The notes below the pieces were generated by a model. That model was given only the letters and a program-made list of their open reading frames with translations, was not told where the DNA came from and did not search any database. DNA of 64,000 nucleotides, from assembly GCA_951406725.2 (NCBI GenBank), contig OX597816.1, positions 55,614,001 through 55,678,000 of the forward strand. Direction: 5' to 3'. Shown here piece by piece: positions 54,950 to 64,000 of this stretch. Origin of the DNA: Octopus vulgaris (lineage: Eukaryota). The first letter of the stretch is position 1; every line of letters begins with the position of its first letter. The translations under genes and the position numbers were made by a program.

Positions 54950-57170
54950 GTTGAAAAGAATGATCGCAATAACACCAGGATACTGAATTTAGACAGAAGA
55001 AACATTAAGACAATATTGCAAAGTAGCGGAATCCAAGAAGAATTTGTAGACCAGATAATAATGAAGTGGGGACCACTAAATTTCAAGAACATAAATAGGA
55101 AAAATTGAGAGAAAGTGCAACCAATTCCACAAAGACATAGGATGCATACAAACTGCTGACATTACTGAAACGAATAAACTACTGCTGAAAACTGCTGCAT
55201 GCGTAACTAAGTGCATGTTGGAATTTTAAATATCAGACAAGAGACCAAAACATAAATCGTGGTGGAGAAAAAGAATAGCTGAGAAGGACGCAGAATTGCG
55301 AAAGGATATGAGTATGTTACCATTTGGAGCAACTCTGAAATACTGAACATTACAATTAAAGGTCAATTGGAGAGAAAACAAAAAAAAAATACGCAGAGAA
55401 GTAACTGAAGTTGTCATAGAAGAAGCATTGCGAAGTGAAGAAAGCTGGTAAGATTTGACGGAAGAAGAAAGCAATTTATAGAGAATAGGTGGAGGCGCAA
55501 TTGCCCAGTGGTTAGGGCAGCTGACTCGCAGTCGTGAGATCGCAGTTTCGATTCCCAGACCGGGCGTTGTGAGTGTCTATTAAGTGAAAACACGTAAAGC
55601 TCCACGATGCTCCGGTAGTGGGTGTGGCGAATCCTGCTGTACTCTTTCACCAAAACTTTCTCTCACTCTTTCTTCCTGTTTCTATTGTACCTGTATTTCA
55701 AACGGCCGACCTTGTCACTCTCTGTGTCACTCTGAATCTCCCCGAGAATTACGTTAAGGGTACGCGTGTTTGTAGAGTGCTCAGCCATTTACACGTTAAT
55801 TTCACGAGCAGGCTATTCCGTTCATCAGATAAACTGGAGCCCGCGTCGTCGTCGGCGTGCCACGATAGAGAATAGGATGTCCGAAACAAATTAGAAAAAA
55901 TTGTTCGAATGGTTAAAGAAAGAGGTCCAAAAACTGACCTCATAAGGGAGAGATTTTCCGGTTTTCGGGCAAGATCTAGGATCGACAGGTTATGCATAAT
56001 GATGAAGCTAACTGGATGAAGAGAAGGTGAGAAATAAAAACAGACAAGAAAACACCACAATATCAAAGAAAGCAATGGAGAAAAAGATGAGAAAAATGAA
56101 AAATTGAAAAAACTCATCAGACTTCGATGATTTGCAAGGATATTGGAATTAAAGTATTTATTCGTTGCCACTTGATATTTGCAAATCAATTTGTCGGACT
56201 TCTGAATGGGGGTATCGATTCACTGTGGTTGGCACATTTGTCGTGAAAGATGTGTAAAAAAGCTACTGAAGTGGAAATCCAGACTAATAACATGTTTACC
56301 AATCATGAGTAAACTGTTGACAGGAGTCATAACTGACGAACTGCACAAATGTTTGGATTACGAAAGGTTATAATCAGATGAGCAGGAGGGTTGTTAATGC
56401 AGGTCATGGGGGTGCAAAAAATTAGGTGTTCATAGACGTGATGATACTAAGGAACCGCAGAAAAAAGTTTCGTCAATGTAAGAACTTCATGGAAAATTAT
56501 AAAAGCGCATATTACATTCTGCTTCACTGCTGGATTGGAAAATATATTGAGTTATTTGGAGAGGCAGAGAATGTATAAAGATTCGTAAAAAGAAGAGTGG
56601 CATCTAGGAACACGGAATTACCAGCCGCAGGAGAGTCGTTGGGTAGAGTGAATATCAGAATAGGAGAATTCTAGAGAGATAGTCCCTCAACACTTTTGTT
56701 TGTGCCGATATTATTACCTCTGTCGATAATTTTGAGAGAAGTTAAAGCAGAATATGATTTGGGAATTTGAGTGCGAGATTTAAAGCTTTATGGGAAAAAA
56801 TTAAGAGAACTTGACACATCGGTGACAATGGGCCTGGCATCTAATATTAATAAATGCGTCATTTTGATACTGAAGACGGGAAGGTAAAACAGAGTCAAGG
56901 ACTAAAACTGAGCAATTAATCAGGTAGTGACAATTTTACGAAAAAGGGAAAGATACATGTTTTGGGGAATTTTGAAATTAGATACCAACGAAAACAGAGA
57001 AATGAAGGAATCTATTTGGAAGGAGTATTTCAGAAGGATCAAGCTGAAACATAAAATTTAAGTTACATTCTGGAAACATTGTAAAAGCAATAAATTCGAG
57101 GACTGTATCAGTTGAGAGATACTTGGCGGGATTTGTGAATCGAAATAAAGAGAAACTGCAAGATAACATC
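54950..57170 (+). mobile_element. Decayed R4-like LINE (N-terminus to RT)
   Basis: ITETNKLL..SWWRKRI, RLITCLP, DEQEGC, RDSP..LLFV, LKLYGK and VKAINS motifs in broken frames. Interrupted by a SINE at 55490-55864. Confidence 0.7.
55490..55864 (+). mobile_element. tRNA-derived SINE (family E head) with 12-bp TSD
   Basis: Flanked by atagagaatagg at 55478-55489 and 55865-55876. Head as in 28464-28755, tail as in 25110-25258. Confidence 0.92.
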
Positions 57171-57238
57171 GATAAATATTTCTATTGTAAAGTGGTTGAT
57201 GGTAAAAATATTCAATAACACTATTATTATTATTATTA

Positions 57239-57269
<31 letters not shown>

Positions 57270-58304
57270 GGTGATGATGATGATGATGATGTCGACGACG
57301 ACGACGACGAAAACATGTCTCGGAAAAAGATATTCATATGGAACATATTTGGACTCGGCACAATATACTCATTAATCTCAACACGGAAACCTTCTTATTG
57401 GTGTCACGAAACTAAATGATTGAACCACGATGCGAATCTAAGCTGTTCCTTTCATCCATCTTACTTTAGTATCAATGGAATTGATGAGTGTTTCCGAAAG
57501 CATGTTTTACTTGATGTAACACTAGCAGAAATTAATGAAGCCAGAAGATAATGAATGCAAAATTTGAAACTAATAATCACGCTGTCGTTTCCATCACGCA
57601 AACACAAGCCACCAGAAAATAAGCTGTCCGATACACCTTCTTGTTTATAGTAGACGATTAATAAAGTGTATTACAACCAAGTGTAAGGGCGCATGGCCAA
57701 GGAGTTACAGTGTTGCACTGACGGTCGCGAGATCGTGTGTTCAGTTCCTGGACTGGGTAATGCGTTGGGTTCTTGGGCAAAACACTTCATCTCACGTTAC
57801 TCTGGGATCATTCCGACACATGGTGTGTGGTACACCCTGGCACCTGTTCAGGTAATGTCGATTTGATGGAAGCAGTGATCTAATGCCCAGTGCATACATT
57901 TCATCACTCTAGATTATTCGTTTGTGCAGGTCTTTCTGCTTCAAATTTCAGAACTTTCTCTCTCGATCTGCGAGAGACTAGCATAGGTGACAACCAAGAC
58001 AATGCTACCTTGGCGTAGAATGCGGGCATGGAATAACAAGAAGTACAATACCTTAAGCATTTGTTTGAGATTTCTAGGGCCAATTTGAGAGATCCTTATC
58101 AATATTGAAAGTATTATTTACGATGGACGCTGTAGAAATGTCAATGTTATCAACGCAATAATTGCTTAGCTTAACTCGACAGGTAGACGAGTGGTAAACA
58201 ATGGTAAAACGAAACTGACGGCCTTATTGTTTTTCAGACTTATTATTGGATCAACGGAGAATTGCGAGAATCGAGCATTGGACAAATTCTTAACGGTTTT
58301 CTTC

Positions 58305-58670
58305 CTGGCAGAAACGTTAGCACGCTGGGCGAATGCGTAGCCGTATTTCGTCTGCCGTTACGTTCCGAGTTCAAATTCCGCCGAGGTCGACTTTGCCTTT
58401 CATCCTTTCGGGGTCAATTAAATAAATACCAGTTACGCACTGGGGTCGATACAATCGACTTAATCCGTTTGTCTGTCTTTGTTTGTCATCTCTGTGTTTA
58501 GCCCCTTGCGGGTAGTAAAGAGATAGGCTTTCTTCCTGTTCATTGAATTCTGGGTTCAAATCCTGCTGAGGTCGATTTTACCTTTTAGAGTTGATCAAGT
58601 AAATACTAGCAGAACACTGGGAACGATGCCCCTTCTCCTCAAACTTGCTGACCTTGTGCCAAATTTAAAA
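58305..58670 (+). mobile_element. SINE family D copy plus adjacent partial copy
   Basis: 58305-58525 is colinear with 50020-50250. A second partial copy lies at 58545-58670. Confidence 0.85.
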
Positions 58671-60169
58671 AAAGTATTATTTGAATAAGTGTACAGTACT
58701 CTTCACTAGATAGAAAAGAATAAAGGGATATTACAGACAAGACATATTAACTAGGAATTCGAATATTGTAATACGTCCACGCATATCAGGGAATCATAAA
58801 GGAACCCTTCTCCTACAGAAATACTTGAGGCAATAGAAATAAGATAAAACACACAGAAAGAGAAGAAATTTGATGGAATAGATTAATCTTTAAAACTAAA
58901 CGCAATACAAGAAATAATATCTAGAAATAGACTAGTCACCCTAGTTATGAACAAAAGTCGAATATAATAATTAAGAGGGTCCCGTTGAATAAATTAGGCA
59001 TATGTCTGAATTGACAGCTAGGCCCTAAAAGTAATATAAATAGGGAGAGTGTCTATTTGCAGTAATATTTTACTTATCTTTTTTTTATATATTTTTCATA
59101 ATTTAATATTGTATCATTATCCAATTTAGTTTTCCTCTCATTCTTTACAATCTTGCATTTTTTCTCTGTTTTGTCTCCTTTCATGTCATTCTTCCCTTTA
59201 TTTCTCTCTGCCATTTACTTTCTATCTATTTCCCTCAAGACACACTTTTGAAAAGTCTTTCATATTATAAACATATAAACTCACATACACATACATAGAC
59301 AAATATACCTATATAGACCTATGTTCTTATAAAATACACATATATACATATAGAAACATATATGTAGACATGTGTATATGTGCGTGTAAACTTAAATATG
59401 TAATTATGTATGAGACGTGATATTATCATGTGCCAATCACAGAACATGACATTGATATATAACAATAATCAGGGAAATGCGTGTCTGGACTAAGATCCGA
59501 AGGAAGCGCCCCCATTGCCAAGAACAAAAATCTCAGATCTCTGATGGACGTCTCGATATTTTTGCAATGAAATATCGCTCTGCAATCGTTCAAGAATTTA
59601 CCAAAGTACAAGTATTTTGAATCAGAGACTGAAGTATAAAATTAAATGAAGGTTGTTAGTTATCGATTCCTGGCTTTAAAGACAGGGTAATTTTTCCGGC
59701 TAACCTCTATCTTTAGACAAAATCTGTTTTCCATAATATTAGAGGTTTGTGCTCATTTCCGTTCCTTCAATTTCATATTTGCTATTTTTTGTATTTTTGC
59801 TGCTAGAATTCAAATTTTATGGCAATTTTGACGAGAGGAAATTTTATACAACACATATAAGAGAAATATACCGAGGGAAGTGAATTAGAGCAAACGCAGA
59901 AATTACACGAAAAACAAAGAAACCCAAATGAATATTATATTTGATCATCTCTTCTTTTAATATAGAGCTATAGGCAAAGAACAATGTTTTATTGTTAACT
60001 CTTTCGTCATTAGACTGCGATCCAACTGGGGTACCACCTTGTATGGTTTAATCAAAACAAATCGATCCTAATACTTTTTTTTCCTAGTTTATTCTGTCAG
60101 TTGCTTTTTGCCGAGCACTGCAGAGACATAAACAACCAACTGCATTTTTCTACCGGTAGTGAAGGACAA

Positions 60170-60225
<56 letters not shown>

Positions 60226-60230
60226 GCACT

Positions 60231-60293
<63 letters not shown>

Positions 60294-60559
60294 GACATGC
60301 ATCTTTTAGCTACCATCTACCAAATCTAAACATAAGCTTTTGGACGGTCTAGAACTATAGCAGAAGGCATTTCTTCAAGATTCCACGCAGTGGGACTGAA
60401 TCCAAAATCATGTGTTTATGAAGGGGCTATATTTACGTGGAACATTTAAAACGATTTGAAACATCATCAGGATGGGTAGTTTTAACTCTCTTACATTATT
60501 AAATTATTAGTATGCCACCATAATACATCAATAAGCCAACTTTTGTTCTTGCAGATGGA

Positions 60560-61260
60560 AGAAGACAGATGCAGCACCATTTTGAACACACCCTACCAAA
60601 CACTGTTTTGTCAGAGCGATATAGTTTGCAGAATGCAGTTGAGATGTTTGGAAGTAGCCTTTGCAATAAAGTTTTTTTTTTCGTGTGTGGAATTGCCTAC
60701 ACTGGGCACAAACGGTACAGAAGCTTAACAAATGCTCGAAATTGCTTATGGATGAAGTTTATCGTTGCCACAAGACGTTCAGGGACAGCAGAGAGGAGGT
60801 GAGAGACGTTGAGATGTATAGGAGGGAGAAAGACGTCAGAACATCAGAACTGATTGAGAAAATTCACAATTTTCTGAACAATAACTGTTATACGTCCACA
60901 AAGACAATAAGCATACATTCATCCGTTGGGGTAACAACTGTGCAGAGAATTATTCAAGATGGACTGAACCTGCTCAAAATGTTGCTCAGAGACAAGCATC
61001 CTAGTTACAGACTACTTGGCAAAGATGAGCATAAACACTGTGCCTTCCCTTCCCTGCAGTCCAGAGAGCGCTCCCTATCTCCTTGGGTTGTTCTCCAAGC
61101 TGAAAGATAATTTCAAGAACAGTTATTTTGAAGATGAAGGTGCCTGTGAAAAAGGTCATGGACACCTTCGATTTAAGGGACTTCCATAGTGTCTTCAAAA
61201 CATAGCTGGAGCGTTGCAAAAAGTACATTAATATCAGAACATCCTAATTTGAAGGAAATT
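60560..61260 (+). mobile_element. Internally deleted mariner transposase remnant
   Basis: FAIKFF, FRDSREEVRD..RTSELIEKI..TVQRII (HTH region), and PPCSPESAP..LFSKLK (decayed PYSPDLAP). Confidence 0.75.
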
Positions 61261-62087
61261 AGAGTTTTGTACTTTTCCAAAAAATATATAAGACTTCTGG
61301 AATGTATATTGTATTAAAATTCTTACTCTAGTATCTGTTTTTTTCCTAAATATAGTGAATTCACAGAACTAAAGAGAAAAAAAAACCCAAAACTATGACA
61401 GCATTTAGAACACATTAGCAACTTTCCGACATAGAAAAAATATATTTACTATAAATATGTAGGTTGTGCCGTTGCATTAACAGATGGTTAGGAGAAAATA
61501 TAGCCAAGAGGATTAAAAAATATGTCAAGTATAAACAATAGGATATTAATACAAAACACGGAGAAAAATCTGTTTTATGTTGTCAAGGAAACCAACAAAT
61601 ACCAATGAGTAGCTGAATGAACAAACATTTCTCTGCTTTTTTTCTTTCTGATTTTTTTTTGCCTTTTTGGAAGAAGGTTGAGATTGGAAAATTAAATATA
61701 AACGTAATATGAAAAATAAAATTAAACTGAAAATGCAATTACAAAAGATTGCGTTAAATTGTGGAAAAAAAATTAAAATTTCACGACTAATATCTGCCAA
61801 AGAGAATTGGATAAACAAAATGTGATAAGAAAGAAGGTGAATATCACGAAGCAACATTGAAATCTGAAGACTTTTTATGAAAAGCCTTCCACTAGAAAGT
61901 ACCAAATAGGTATACTGGGACAGATTATAACTATCAAATGCAGAGTATGTGTGCGATGTGAAGCGTCAGTCATAAATACACGTACATACAGACATGTTTC
62001 CTTTGGAATAAAACCAATGTTGTCTTCGAAATATATGTCGAAAGTAAAATAATTTTAATAACATCTGCGTTCAACTCTATTTATTTA

Positions 62088-62137
<50 letters not shown>

Positions 62138-64000
62138 TCGTCGTCATTTTACGACCACGAATAGTTCCGACTGACTGTTCGTAAATCGTAATTCGGCCTA
62201 TATTTTTACATTCTTAAGTCACATTCTCAGATAAAAGTCACATACAGCACTCTGTATTATGGCGTTAGTCAAATACATCGGAGTCTCAAGTAGTCGTCAT
62301 ATAAACAAATACGAGGTTGCTTCGATGTCTCCGCGACAAGATAATCATCCAAAACAGTGGCGACTGATAACCAGATCTAGGGAATGCATTTGTTAGGTGA
62401 CATCATCCGTAGACGGGTGAATTTCTAAGAAATTAAGCCCATTAGACTTCAACTTGACTATTTATTATTACGGCTGGGAGCTGGTGCACCAATAGTCGTT
62501 TTAAACTAAACACTACATTTAAGCACATGGATCCTAATCCTCCAAAGAAGTTTTTCCAAGGACTATTATTGAACTTTCAAAGCATAAAGACTCTACAACG
62601 TATTGGTATACCTATTTATTAATTTTGTAAATATGTATTATTATTTTTTTGAAAAAAACATTGCAAATTTCTTTTTTCCCCTTCCTCAATTTTTAAACAC
62701 ATTATTTTCCCCTTCCAAATTTTGAAAATTTGCCTTGCAATGAAAACTGGTTTGATTTATTTTTTCTTCTTTAATTTTCCATACACCCATTTTTATTAAA
62801 ATTTACTTTCAATTTAGCATTCTGCCTTATTATAATTTTTCCTCTCCTATATATATATATATATTATATATATATATAAAGCAATCCATCTAGGTCCTGG
62901 AAGTGATTGCAATATTATGGCCCATGAACAGAAAAGTGTTGTTGTGAAACATACAGCAGACAAACCTCTCAGGGGGTGACGAAGTAAAGCTACTTTTGAA
63001 TCTGCCAGTTTATGTAGACATGGATATTGTGGAGACTTTTCTAGGTAGCTTTTTTAGAGACCATCCTGAAAATTGTGATATTTTTATCAAAAGATCTATT
63101 CTAATAGGAAACAATATAGTTCTAAAACAAAATGAGAAAGAAAACAACACCTGATCTAAAGAGATTACGTAAATGCACGATTATAACCACAAACAATCAC
63201 TGCAGTGCTAAATACTTTGGAAACTAAATACAAGAGACGATAACCTCAACTCGAACCTCAATACATTCACTGTAAGAATCACTAGGATATGCAGTTCTTT
63301 GTTTCCAATAGAAAAGGGAAGAAACAAAACGCCGCTCATGGAGCTGCGTGCAGATTTCTATAAAAATCCAGCAATATATTAAAACAATATATTAAATCGA
63401 TACATCAAAACAAGGTAAGTAATGATGGAAGAGTTTACCAGCTCCAAAAATAACAATGAAAAATACTGGGTATGTAAGACTGAAAAGATTGGGAAGACAA
63501 AACGCGCGATATTAGTTAAAGCTAAAATGAATATCTCGGAAAAGTGTCTGCTAATAAGAAAGCTTTTATTTTGTTTTTGTTTTTGAAATATCTCACGGAG
63601 AATTTAGAAACCTGTAATTATATGGAACAAAATATATTATTGAAATGAGCAATTACTAATTTATTAAGAATGTTGTGTTCCTTTTTGACAGATTTGATTT
63701 GAATTGTATTGCGTGTTGTGTATTGAATTCATATTATCTTGTGTCTCACCGATTCCCTTAACATAGAAGAACTAGGAACTACAAAAATTTGAATTATTTC
63801 AAAATGTTCCACTGTTGAACACATGGATATTGAGAGTTAAAAAAGAAACATTCCAAGAATATATGATACCAAGGATGTTAATGGCAACACTATTCCCAAA
63901 GTGTTTGTAAATAAAAGGTAAACACATTAATAATTCTGTATGAAGGCTTATTCCGATTAAACCAGGTTGTCTTTCCTGATATACAACTAAATGCGATTTG

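Noticed and set aside
55491-55565. tRNA gene
   Set aside because: The tRNA-like head continues into a SINE body bounded by a TSD and is multi-copy, so it is a SINE.
57478-57512. ttgatga..gaaa hammerhead-like spacing
   Set aside because: The core is mutated and stems I and II do not pair.
62133-62320. pogo/Tigger-like TIR start (cagatcgtcgtcattttacgacc)
   Set aside because: No convincing matching right TIR was found.

Overview
AT-rich, repeat-dominated eukaryotic (metazoan) DNA, with a 100-N scaffold gap at 27516-27615 preceded by degraded, low-quality sequence. The SINE and repeat families resemble octopus/cephalopod ones (from memory, not a database result). No host protein-coding gene can be confidently identified, and most ORFs in the track are microsatellite translations. 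Supported content: (1) a near full-length R4/Dong-like non-LTR retrotransposon (RT plus RLE endonuclease; minus, ~1643-5550) with three lesions, plus several decayed R4-like copies, some beside (TAA)n tracts; (2) Penelope-like RT/GIY-YIG remnants; (3) HERO, RTE-X and CR1 LINE fragments; (4) two decayed mariner transposases plus a short third fragment; (5) a non-autonomous Helitron; (6) MITEs and fold-back hairpins; (7) several tRNA-derived SINE families, two with target-site duplications. Less obvious items: dispersed minimal type I hammerhead ribozymes (two with intact cores, at ~13184 and ~51190, plus decayed ones), a nested double inverted repeat at 47420-47681, and an RFX X-box with possible downstream exons at ~44390-45170. 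I see no convincing evidence of a wholly new biological system; the hammerhead units and the X-box locus are the best leads.
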